Shown piece by piece: positions 11,672 to 23,626 of a DNA stretch of 64,000 nt. The stretch comes from Bispira polyomma (lineage: Eukaryota). Positions within the stretch are counted from its first letter, which is position 1, and each line of letters starts with the position of its first letter. Both the position numbers and the translations under genes were made by a program. Under the pieces are notes generated by a model, which had not been told where the DNA came from, searched no databases, and was given only the letters and a program-made list of their open reading frames with translations. The stretch spans positions 1,426,001 to 1,490,000 of the forward strand of contig OZ287749.1 in NCBI GenBank assembly GCA_965649765.1, given 5' to 3'.

Positions 11672-13800
11672 GCTTGATAAACATGCCCCATGGGTATCTA
11701 AAACCCTTCTCCCAACTAACCCCCATGAATGGACCAATGCCACCATTACAGAGGCCAAAAGACGCAAACGCCAACTTGAGCGTCAATGACGACGCACGAA
11801 ATCCTCCTTAGACAGAAGCCGTTACTATATCGCCACAAATAATTACAACAGGCTAATAACTGATGCCAAAAAGCAACATTACGACTCCATCATCACTGAA
11901 AATCAGGATAATCCCAAAAGGTTATGGGCGTCCATAAACAAAATTCTACATCGAACATCAGAGAAAGTTCTCCCCATAAACCACTGCCTTACTTTTTTAG
12001 CCGAAAAATTTGGAAATTTTTTTATAGAAAAAATCAGCAACATTCGTTACACCTTCCCAACGATACATCACTTCAATCCTCCTGCCCCAGGATATAAGGT
12101 AACCCGTTTTATTCCAGTACACTGTCAGAGCTTGAAGTTCTGAAACTCATCAAATGCTCTACTATTAAATCTTGTGAATTAGATCCTATCCCAGAAGTTA
12201 TTCTAAGTCAATGTCTAGTCACACCCATGACAAACATATTAAATTTTTCTCTTCGGGATGGTGTTTTTCCCACCTGTTTCAAGACGGCAAATGTAACTCC
12301 CTTGATTAAAAAACAAGGGCTTGATAGAAACCAGCTCAAAAACTACAGACCGGTGTCAAACCTTAGCTTCGTCTCAAAAGTTATCGAGAAAACTGTAGCT
12401 CAACAAATTTCTGACCACCTTAATAGACAAAACATTAAAAATCGCCACCAGTCTGCTTATAGAAAATTTCACTCTACAGAAAGTGCCCTTTTTTCCATCA
12501 GCAATGATATCAATCTTGCACTGGACCACAACGACACAGTGGCCCTCACCCTTCTGGATCTCTCAGCTGCATTCGAAACTATTGATCATGTCCTGCTCGG
12601 CGACACTCTGAAGCAGTGGTTCGGTATAAATGGCAGTGTCCTTAAATGGATCAGATCCCACCTTACTCTTAGGGCACAAAGAATTAAAATAGATGATCAC
12701 CTATGATCTTCCATAAAGCTACCATAAGAAGTACCCCAGGGATCTGTCCTTGGCCCTCTACTTTTCACCTTTTATACACATCCTCTCAGCACTGTCATCA
12801 ATAAACACAGTATAAAACACCACATGCAGATGACACTCAAGTCTATTTCTCTCTCAATCCACAAATTGCAAATACTAACATAGACCTACTTGCAGACTGT
12901 CTGTCTGATGTCCAGGCGTGGATGAACTAATCCAAACTAAAACTTAACCCTGACAAAACAGAATTCATCCTCATAGGAAACAAGAAAAACAGTGAACTCC
13001 TAAAATCTTTGTTTCCCATCTCCCTGCTGGGAAAAGACATACTACCTTCCGAAAATGCTAAAAACCTGGGTGTCACTTTTGATTCAGGTTTTTCGTTCGA
13101 TAATCATATTGCCAACATCTGTCGCTCCTGCTATTACCACATACGTGACATCAAAAGAATCAGAAACCACTTGTCCATGGACACAGCGATAACTGTGGCA
13201 AATGCCCTTGTAAGTAGCCGCCTCGACTACTGCAATTCTCTTTTGTACAGAGCAAACAAGTCACACATTAAGAAGCTCCAGTCCATCCAAAACTACCTAT
13301 GTAGGGTCATTTTTCGCCTAGGTTGTCGCACAGACGTTACTCCTTACCTCAAAAAATTACACTGGCTGCCCATTAGATCTCGAATTTTGTTTAAGATTCA
13401 CGTTACCACTTTTAAGGCTGTAGTCACTCAACAGCCCCCCCTACCTTGCCTCCCTTCTTTCCTTCAGTAACCACAAGAGAGGCAACAGACTCTCCGTCAC
13501 TTCGGTCAGACCAATCAGAAAGGCGGGTTTCAGAGGGTTCTCAACTGCAGCTCCACGATTATGGAACAGTCTCCCAGTTGACCTCAGATCAGTTGACACA
13601 CTTATCAGTTTTAGGAAAAAGCTTAAAACCTATCTTTTAATTCTTGCCTACCCACCTTAGCTTCTCTCGTGCATGCTCCCACTTCCTTCTTTACAACTTT
13701 GCAATGTCCATGGACTTAAAGATTGGACCAATGATTTTGCTGTTGCGCTTTAGAAGATGCCTCAATAAAGTGTGTTAAAAATCTATAATAATAATAATAA
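11672..13800 (+). mobile_element. 5'-truncated L2 family A copy with stops and frameshifts
   Basis: Aligns to copy 1 from CTTGATAAACATG (6994). ORF pieces 12227-12706 and 13009-13470; YADD codons damaged; (TAA)n tail to 13800. Confidence 0.95.
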
Positions 13801-13899
13801 TTGATTGTGATGTCACAGAAGTATAAAAATTCCATTCACAATGGTGGTGTGGTGTATGGCAATATAACGGATTAAAATGTCCATAACTTGAACATTCAG

Positions 13900-14265
13900 A
13901 GGCCATGGCCATATTCTTGAACGTATAATCAGCCTGAGTATAAGTTATACTCGGCTTATACTCAAAACAATCTGAGTTTATGTCATACTCAACACATTTG
14001 GTATTCTCGAAAGTTCTATCTTATTCTGGGAAGACAAAAAGTGAAGGGCTCGCACCATCAATAAATAATTTGAGATATAAAATTACAAAACTGATGTACG
14101 ATAACGTCATTTACTCAGTCTAGCACACAGTAACATCATACAGCTGAGTATATGCTTAAAATATGCGTGAGTTTATATTGAGTTGAGTATACATTGGAGA
14201 ATACCATCTTGTGTAAAAACTCATGGTCTGAGTTAAATATATACTCAGATTTAAGTATACATTCG
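13900..14265. mobile_element. Degenerate palindromic MITE-like element
   Basis: Repeated TGAGTATA/TATACTCA motifs; TGGTATTCTC (~14000) is the inverse of GAGAATACCA (~14197). Confidence 0.45.
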
Positions 14266-14886
14266 GAAATATCAACCCATATTCTTACAACATGAACCAT
14301 CCAACAACCCAAATGCTGTATATGGCTGCTTACGCAATTGACCACAGATTAAATTATACAGCCATCTGTAGTATGACTTAACACAATGGTAGAGGTGGGT
14401 AGGTTTTTCAATGCTTTGATTCTGCAAACATTTTGGTAAAAGGTGGGAATCTTTGAAAGTGGGATAGCTTATATACTCGGCCACCCATACCATAATAGTC
14501 ATCAGTCTGGCACCTCAGAACTTACCCCATTAATGCTGGGACGTTACCTTGCACAGTACATCAGGGTTCAAGTCAAGAGGTGAAAGTTCACTATTGAAAT
14601 CGTTTAGAACACAAGAGGAAAATGTTGCAGTATAATATTTATTACATATAGTTAAGACTATTAAGATATATGTATACAGTCAGAATATGAAATACAAGTG
14701 GCATAAATATCCGAACTTCTATTACTCTACGAATATTTCATTTTATCAACGAAATTTCACTCTCACAAATGATTTATAGTAAAATGCCTCTTGTATTTTA
14801 AGAACATTCTATTCGGCAAACAAGATCTTAAGCCTCTCAATCTATGTTTGGATAATAGAGGTATTCAACTTGTATTTAAAGCATAT

Positions 14887-14888
<2 letters not shown>

Positions 14889-14966
<78 letters not shown>
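14889..14966. repeat. (AT)n microsatellite
   Basis: Pure AT run. Confidence 0.99.
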
Positions 14967-14968
<2 letters not shown>

Positions 14969-15354
14969 TGGAAGTTTTTAATTCCTAGTCCTCTCTTCCT
15001 ATTATCTCAAAATACCCCAGAAAGTTACGCAAGTGTGAAATCGTAGAGTTTGTTGATTACAAAGTTAAGTGCTGCTAAATAACTAATGGGGGAGAGGGTG
15101 GGGGGGCATATATAACAAAACAGACACCACATATTGATTGGTACTAGAATTCCAAAATAAAAAAAAGCCATGACAAAATGTTTTTTGTTTGAAACCATCC
15201 AGTTGACTTTTGCCATTTTCGCTGTTAGAGCTATCACAATTCAAGCTAGACGATAGTATGGTGCCCCAAAAGAGACATATTCAATTGGAGTGTCGGAGAA
15301 TATTTTTTAAAAATTAATATTGTTCTTGTTACTACATGGTAATTTGGTGTATTC

Positions 15355-16102
15355 TGATGTAATCTGGAGCAAACGTTGCATGAACGTGTGATGAAATGCT
15401 TTGGTCTGGTCTGGGCATAAACTGGTCATAAACGGAGCATATTCTGGGCGTGATCTGGTGAATGATATGCAAATAAGCATTTCCCCCATTCTCCCTCGAT
15501 CAGCCAAGTTGTAATGATCAGGACTAAAATTGTATAAATGTGGTGAGAACTTAAACAGTGTGGACGCTATCTAATGTTGCATTCACATTGTCCAAGTTTA
15601 CGCCCCGGCATTGCCGTTTACTCAAGACCTGACTTGGCTAATTTTGGCCGATCGGGCGAGAAAAGGCGGGAAAATGATCATTTGCATTTGCATCCCACGT
15701 TTTTGACCCGTTTCACCCCTGTTTTAGACCCATTTAGGCCCGTTTATGCCCAGGTTATGTTACGTTTTCTCAAGTTCTCTCCAGTTCCGGCCAGATCACA
15801 CAAGTTTTAAGCAGTTTTACGCAAGTTCTAAGCAGTTCAACTCCCGTTTACGCCCCGGCATTACCATTTTTCCAAGTTCTCTTAGGTTCTCTCAAGATGT
15901 GCTTTCAGAGCCGTCCACCCACGGAAGTTTCGAACACATAAAAAATTTCCATGTAGAGCTTCCGACTTTGCCGTTCACCTAATTTTGCCCAAGTTCTACG
16001 CCCGTTTTTGCCCAGTTCTCAGACGTTTGTTTAAGTTTTTCACACGTTTTCAGAACAGGATAAGAACTTGTCAGAGAACGCCGACAGTGTGAACGGGATA
16101 TA
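15355..16102. mobile_element. Non-autonomous DNA transposon, Harbinger-like end, internal imperfect inverted repeat
   Basis: GGGCATAAAC (15413) vs GTTTATGCCC (15742). ATGCAAAT...TCGATCAGCCAA vs TTGGCCGATCG...ATTTGCAT. Ends CAGTGTGAACGGGATATAA. Confidence 0.6.
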
Positions 16103-16344
16103 AGGTTGCATATTTTGGAACCTTGAGAAAATTGTGATCAGAGCTACCTCAATTCCACAAGATGGTGTCTCGTTACCACAAGACAGTATCTTGTTCTGAC
16201 AACAGTACATCTACATCATTCCTACAAGGTACTCTCCTTGTTACCACAAGATTATAACTTTCATGAGTGCTTGTGGGAATGAGCTTTACCTATCTTGTGG
16301 AGACAAGATCAATACAACATTTCACTGGTAAACTCTATGTCCAT

Positions 16345-16483
16345 AAAGGGCCCTATATCACTTTGTATTACCTAAATCTACAAGACTGCCACACTAATGC
16401 AAATGTATAGTGTCCCTTAAGGGGCCACATATCACATAGTATTACCTAAATCTACAAGACTGTCACTCTTATGCTAATGTATA
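16345..16483. repeat. ~75-bp tandem duplication, 2 copies
   Basis: GTATTACCTAAATCTACAAGACTG occurs twice in tandem. Confidence 0.85.
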
Positions 16484-16724
16484 GTTGCTTCCTCCATTGT
16501 GATTTAATATAACCGGAGATTAATTTTACTCTTATAAACTCGATGTCGCTTTAAGTGCTGCACTATCAAAAGTCTGTTAATCAAGAAAATGACGAAGGAA
16601 ACATGTTTTTTTAGTTTTTTGCCTTTCTAACCTTTATTTATATGACTGTATAAACACTGTAGGTTTCTAGGTAATTGTGGCATTCTCTGTTGAGCTAATA
16701 CTAACAGTAAGCTAGGAACTAATT

Positions 16725-17059
16725 ATGGCTGTGATTCCAATGATGTTAATCATGGTTTTGTTCACCACTGTTCCGACCAGTGCTACAATAATTCGTCATC
16801 AGTGTGAAATAGACTTGCACAGACAGGGCAATGATCACACGGGCTGTTCCTGTGGTGTCAATATCAAACCAGCAGCTGGTGGTTGGTGAGTTTGGTCCAG
16901 GCATCCATTTAGGTTTGGTCAACTTAACTAGATGCTCTCTTGTGGGTGAACCAGCCTGGTGTGATACCTACAGTTATGCTGTCGCAAACGGCTGCCTAGT
17001 TAATTATATCGATGGATTTCCCAGGGATGATAAAGATATTGTTGCTGTATTAGTAACAG
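16725..17059 (+). pseudogene. Secreted PAN/Apple-like protein, first coding segment (signal peptide frameshifted relative to the Cys module)
   Basis: ATG 16725 gives MAVIPMMLIMVLFTTVPTSA (signal-like). The frame of 16831 gives RCSLVGEPAWCDTYSYAVANGCL and ends at the phase-1 donor G|GTAAGT at 17059/17060. Confidence 0.45.
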
Positions 17060-17781
17060 GTAAGTATATTTGTATACTCTCTAATCTAAGTCTTTGCAGA
17101 TGCCATATCTTCCAAAAAATGGCTGTAGTTTCTACTTAACAGGGTCAAATTTTCAACAAGAGACAAAAACGGGTTTTGGTGGGACTGCAAACTTTTCTCT
17201 ACTTAAAAGAGGGTTTGGAATAACAAAGTTCCACTTAAAGGGGATAAAGTGCACAATTGATGAACCAGGGGGTATTACCTTAACCTAGCAGGAGATGGTA
17301 TTTGTTTTTCCCAGAACTTGTATCTGTCGGCAAACAGTCAACACCCCAATAAAGTTTGATTTGAAGCAGACTTCCCCATTAAAAAATTATATCAAGTAGT
17401 CTGTGATGTGTTTAGTGAATTAAAGATTAGTAATATTATGGCTATGAAGGCCATCTTGGTTTTCTAACCAGGTCTGACATTAGTTTACGTAGGCTATACC
17501 TATAATATATCCATGTCTTTAATTTGTTTAATATATCTGCAATACTTTTGACCGGAAACCAAACTCAGACGCACAAAAAAGCACAAAAAACACTAGTATT
17601 TGTTATTCTGGATGGTAAAATATGTTTCTATTTTAACTTGATTTACTTATTGTAATCAGTATCACAATTCCATAAATTAGGTTTTGGTTGTCTGATGTCC
17701 TCCACCAATAAACTGATATGACACAACAACGTTTTGAAACTGACATTTAACCCTAACTAAAGACAGAATGTGGAAGTGGTA

Positions 17782-17952
17782 GGGCCACGACTGAATACAA
17801 TAGAGTGAGGGGGTGATAGGACCATGACTGAATACAACAATAGAGTGAGGGGGTGATAGGACCATGACTAAATACAATAGAGTGAGGGGGTGATAGGACC
17901 ATGACTGAATACAATAGAGTGAGGGGGTGATAGGACCACGACTAAATACAAC
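17782..17952. repeat. 37-40-bp minisatellite, ~4.5 copies
   Basis: Unit GACTGAATACAATAGAGTGAGGGGGTGATAGGACCAT. Confidence 0.9.
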
Positions 17953-18114
17953 AATGTATAAATATGAATACCAATACATTATTGGGTAGCAGTCGACAGC
18001 ATCTCTCTGAACCTATACAAGTCCGTCTGTATGGGCATATCTCATGGAAAAAAATAACCCATCAATTTGATCTGACTTTTATCAGATTGCCGGTCATCTT
18101 GTTACTTAGAAGGT

Positions 18115-18301
18115 GGTATTCACAAAAAGGATCAAATCAAATCAAATTTAAGAAAAAAGATTAACCTTTTTAGATCAGCTCAGGTTGGAATTCACAAAAC
18201 ATTGGATCTTTTTTTTCATTGATCCAGTCAACTTAGTAGATTAAATTTTGGGATCAGGAAGGATAAAATATGGCTAACATGAGATCTTGCTTTGTGAATA
18301 C
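18115..18301. mobile_element. MITE-like element rich in GATC motifs
   Basis: GTATTCACAAA ... TTTGTGAATAC inverted ends. Confidence 0.45.
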
Positions 18302-18677
18302 TCTTTTGATCCAGGATCACTTTTTTCTCAAACTTGATCTATTTTGATCTGATATTGATTTGTTTTGGTTTTTTAGTACCGGCTCAGAAGATGTATCCAC
18401 TGTAAAATTGTGATAGGATATTGACTCGAAACTGTATAGCCTGTAGGGCATTAATAAAAAACAGGATGACGGGCCTGGCTTATTCAGGGGTCATTTGTAT
18501 ATACATTGAAGTGATTTTAATCAGGCGCAGCCTGGTATGGTTTTCCGTATCATTTCTTGTTATCAGACACAGCTCAGGAAGCTGAGTATATAGTGGCTAT
18601 ATCAACGTCAGGATATTTCACACTGTTCGCCTGTGTCTTTTTATAAAAGACAACTTTAGTTTGGACTTTCTTTTCAG

Positions 18678-18961
18678 ATACCAACATGGAGAGGTTAGAG
18701 TGTGCTCAGTCATGTGCTATGGATGACCGTTGTGTCTTACTACAGTACAACAGTGGACTGTGCAGGTTGATTGTCATGGACACCGGTCAAACTCCCACAG
18801 AGGAGAAACCCAGACTGAAGTCAACCATGTTTAAAAAGACTTGTTCTAAAGTCGGATGGTTCAAAGAGAAAACTGTATGCCAGAAATGTTTACATGCCAA
18901 ATGTAAATGTTTTGAAATCTACTGTATTGTATTAGTGCATTTTGTTAACAATTCAATTTAA
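18678..18961 (+). CDS. PAN/Apple-like module exon (second exon of the 16725 locus)
   Basis: ctttcttttcAG|AT ACC... is phase 1, matching the donor at 17059. Encodes RLECAQSCAMDDRCVLLQYNSGLCRL (CxxxC...C...Y...C pattern). Confidence 0.55.
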
Positions 18962-19710
18962 TTGATTTTTTATAGTGACATGTGTCAAAGACATACAATA
19001 CACCTGGCATACCAGAGAGCTTAGAAGTCACTTGAAACTGATTCAATCAATAATGTGTATGGCGATACAGAAAATATAAGGAAATATAATCATTAATTAC
19101 TTTTAAGAATATACTTCAGCTTTTCATATATTCCTTGCTTTTTCGATATAGATAGCTAGAGGTCTAGAATTAAGTTGCATAATTTTTATAAATTTTAAAA
19201 CAACACTTCTTATGGGTGCAAGGCATCTTCTACACGGAATCTCAGTTAACTAGTTGTGAATTGCTTTTTATTGATATATATATATGTTTTATACATTTAC
19301 ATTTTTCTAAATTGGTTTTATCAAACATTTTACACAGAACGTTACAATTACACAATAACAGGTGCTTTGATACACATATAACACAACATAAAATGACACA
19401 GACACGTTTATTGCACTGTAAATACTTTTCTCTGTAATTTACATTAATCAATTCGTTAACATGTTTCGCATAATTTTTTTTCCCCGGAAAATGAAATACT
19501 CTTAGTAGATTATACTAATACATGTTTTTATTACTAGTAAAATATCTTTGTCAGCTCTTCTCTCTGCATTCAACCCAGAAAACATTTGTGCATATGCTTT
19601 GAATTTATATTTAATTTTGTGTAAATATTCTGTCTGTTGTATGTTCTTGTTTTGTTCAAATACAATTTTCTAAATGTATTAAGAAATCAAACAATATCTT
19701 ATCTAAGCCT

Positions 19711-19966
19711 AGGCTTCCTTTCAGCCGATCTCGACGTCAGCCGATTTATTAAAATCTGAGCCAACATCAGCCGATGTAGGGCTTCCTTTCATCTGATATG
19801 TACTATGTAAAATGGTGTGAAAAATTATTATTTATTTATTTTTTTTAAATTTTTGGTAAAAAACCACCTTTCCGATTTTTTTGCTCCCTGGCCGATAAAT
19901 TATGATGGAGGAACGGACGTCGGCCGACATCTGATCTGATCTGTCAAAAATATGTTCAAAGGAAGC
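19711..19966. mobile_element. MITE-like element
   Basis: GCTTCCTTT ... AAAGGAAGC termini, with internal GCCGAT/GACGTC repeats. Confidence 0.45.
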
Positions 19967-20167
19967 ACTTTGTCATATTAAATAATGACTGATGAAATGT
20001 TCAGATGATGGTTCTGCTGTCATACCTGTCACCAGTCTGCTACTTCAATGTTACAACGACTTAATAATAGACTTAATCATATTTTGACTGGTCATAAACT
20101 ACCACTGAGAACTGAAGGAAATTGTTTGGTAATAGGTTAGAGACAGCTCAAGTCATTAAGATATTTC

Positions 20168-21462
20168 CTGTATATAAGGTATATAAGGTATATAAGATAT
20201 ATAAGGTATATAAGGTATATAAGGTATATAAGGTATATAAGATATACAAGGTATATAAGGTATATAAGATATATAAGGTATATAAGGTATATAAGGTATA
20301 TAAGATATATAAGATATATAAGGTATATAAGGTATATAAGGTATATAAGGTATATAAGATATATAAGGTATATAAGGTATATAAGGTATATAAGATATAT
20401 AAGGTATATAAGGTATATAAGATATATACGGTATATAAGGTATATAAGGTATATAAGATATATAAGATATATAAGGTATATAAGGTATATAAGATATATA
20501 AGATATATAAGGTATATAAGATATATAAGGTAAAAAGGTATATAAGGTATATAAGATATATAAGATATATAAGGTATATAAGGTATATAAGATATATAAG
20601 ATATATAAGGTATATAAGATATATAAGGTATATAAGGTATATAAGATATATAAGGTATATAAGGTATATAAGGTATATAAGGTATATAAGGTATATAAGA
20701 TATATAAGATATATAAGGTATATAAGGTATATAAGATATATAAGATATATAAGGTATATAAGATATATAAGGTAAAAAGGTATATAAGGTATATAAGATA
20801 TATAAGATATATAAGGTATATAAGGTATATAAGATATATAAGATATATAAGGTATATAAGATATATAAGGTATATAAGGTATATAAGATATATAAGGTAT
20901 ATAAGGTATATAAGGTATATAAGGTATATAAGGTATATAAGATATATAAGGTATATAAGGTATATAAGGTATATAAGGTATATAAGATATATAAGGGGTA
21001 TAAGAAATATAAGGTATATAAGATATATAAGGTATATAAGATATATAAGGTATATAAGGTATATAAGATATATAAGGTATATAAGGTATATAAGGTATGT
21101 AAGGTATATAAGGTATGTAAGGTATATAAGGTATATAAGGTATATAAGATATATAAGGAAAAAAGATATATAAGGTATATAAGATATATAAGGTATATAA
21201 GGTATATAAGGTATATAAGATATATAAGGTATATAAGATATATAAGGTATATAAGGTATATAAGATATATAAGGTATATAAGGTATGTAAGGTATATAAG
21301 GTATATAAGGTATATAAGATATATAAGGTATATAAGGTATATAAGGTATATAAGGTATATAAGATATATAAGGTATATAAGGTATATAAGGTATATAAGA
21401 TATATAAGGTATATAAGGTATATAAGATATATAAGGTATATAAGGTATATAAGATATATAAG
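20168..21462. repeat. 9-bp satellite (GGTATATAA/GATATATAA)n, ~143 copies
   Basis: Directly visible. It produces the spurious ORFs at 20122 and 20148. Confidence 0.99.
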
Positions 21463-21547
21463 GCCAAACCTATTTCATTAAACATGCAGGCCCATATTTC
21501 ACAAGATTCTCTTAACTTGATCTCTGGCAGCGTTTTGTTATTTGCAG

Positions 21548-22517
21548 GATATGTGTCTGTTGCGCAAGCAAGAGGAGGATACAGCCAGTACAGGAGGAGG
21601 AGAGGCAGTTTGAAGGAAAAGAGCCAGATGATGAGGGGAATATTCCAGAAACACAACAGTCAGTGATAGACAGTGACGCCTCAGAACTTTTTCATCAGTT
21701 GAACTAGCAGACTCTGGGTATCCTGGGTATCCTGTGTATCCTGGATACCCAGGATACACAGGATACCCAGGATACCCAGCATATGCAGGATACACCGACA
21801 GTGAGGTGGCGGCCTTCAGTTAGAAACAGAAGAAGGGGAAGATGAGAACTGTGTTGTTAACCCATGAGCAGGAGAAGGCTGTGGTGGACTTCCTGAAGGA
21901 CCATGAGTGGCTCTACAATAAGCGTGATCTACTGTATAAGACACTCAGAAGAAGAACATGCTGTGGAAGTAGTACTGCACGGTCACGGTATTGGATTACA
22001 CAGAAGTAACATGGCCTCAACAAAGTCTTCAACAGGCTTTGGCTCCTCTATCCCTATCTAGACGCGACAGTTCAGCATTGAGTTGCATGATTCCATTGGG
22101 AGTATGGAAGAGACAATAACAGGGATCTTGAAGGAGGCCCAGAAACCTCAAGCTAAAGGAGCACGAGGAGTGTTTTTGAACTGGTTGACCATGGAGGCCG
22201 GGAAACTGCCAGAACATTCTTTCCTGCAGTTCAAGAGGGAGTCCTTTAACCCAGTAACACACTCTAGGAAAGGGCAGCAGCTCGAACAGCTTTTACAGCA
22301 GCTTTTTAGCCACAGCAACAGGCTTTTCCCCACTACCAGATGGCACCTTCATCTTGCATTCCTCAACCACCACAGCAGGGACACTACATTTATCAACAAC
22401 CACCGCCATAACAGCAACAAACAAGACCACAGCTTCCTCCACAACCACAGCCTAGACCAGATTACAACACAAACATTACCTACATTACCATCGTTGCCCA
22501 GCACCAGTGGTCTTTAG
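21548..22517 (+). pseudogene. Degenerate MADF (Myb/SANT-like) DNA-binding protein with BESS-like C-terminal motif, PIF/Harbinger ORF type
   Basis: From 21842: MRTVLLTHEQEKAVVDFLKDHEWLYNKRDLLYK, frameshift, DTQKKNMLWK*YC. Later RGVFLNWLTMEAGKLPEHSFLQFKRESFN and a Q-rich tail. Acceptor ttatttgcAG at ~21547. Confidence 0.65.
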
Positions 22518-22674
22518 CAAGTGATATCTGGAGGCCGCACTACTAGTGGGACTAGTGGAGTAAGATCAGCAAAATCACACCTACAGTGTTCACCAGACTC
22601 GGAAAATGTACATGCTGTCCACCAATCAAAAAGGTGGACTCCATTACTAGTCACCATATTAAGTAGCAGTTGAA

Positions 22675-22992
22675 ATGCATAGCCATCCCCCAAAACCTAG
22701 ACTTACTTGTGAACTCAAAAATGTTATTGATGAGGAAACAAAAAGACCCCTTAGAAACAGAATATATGAACAGAGAACTAGTGTCACTAAACATGGTCAG
22801 AATAAACTGACTCCTGTCTCCAGGCACTGCAGTACAGGTCACCATTCTGTCAGAGACATGGAGTTTAGTGTATTGCATTGGTTAGGAAATACAGAATACC
22901 CAAATAGTACAGACGGACGTAAACGTCGAGAAATGTACTATATTTGGGCCTTCCCTACCATTGACCATACAGGCATAAACCTTTGTGTATAA
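22675..22992 (+). mobile_element. Penelope-like element GIY-YIG endonuclease C-terminal remnant
   Basis: TCELKNVI-[gap]-ETKRPLRNRIYEQ...TPVSRH...HSVRDMEFSVL...RKRREMYYI...TIDHTGIN. Confidence 0.75.
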
Positions 22993-23626
22993 ATTACAGC
23001 CGTCTATTGTATTAGCTGATACCCCTAATCAACGCTCTTATAAGCATGCAAACAATTTATATTTCTTACTGTGCATGTCATACAATTTCCATACATTTAC
23101 ACTGGCACAGAATTTGTTTAGTTAAATGGTACTTTCCCTTTCAAAGAAATAAATGATTACAGTAGTTTATTTTCTGAGAGTTATAACAATGCAAAATAAG
23201 TTAAAAAACTAAAGAAGAAGAATATGACAAATGATGTCCCTATTTAGCCAATAAACATAAAGACAAAAAGAGAAATTACTCTTTATCTTAGGCTTGTGAT
23301 ATATGGTGTAACTCAATATCTGGTGATACTCAATATATGGTGATACTCAATATCTTTTGTCCAGAAAACACAACAATATCATGTAAAATACAATCATTTC
23401 TTCCATGGCTATATTTGCATTATCCACATCAAATTTAAGATTATGTTAAATCGTACATTAAAATTTTGTAAAAATTATTTATTTTACAAACATTTTTAAT
23501 ATCTGCTTTGGTTTGCATTATATAGAATATACTTTATAAGTCATTTAAGACCACGTGTAAGTTTAGTATACAGCAAAAAAGATCAGTTGTTTTGAAGAAT
23601 TGTACAAATATTTTTACATATATATT

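Noticed and set aside
11487-11811. ORFs 11487-11786 (-) and 11593-11811 (+)
   Set aside because: They span the L2 5' junction and have no recognisable domain or supporting splice structure.
20122-21656. 217-aa and 502-aa Tyr-rich ORFs
   Set aside because: Translations of the 9-bp satellite.
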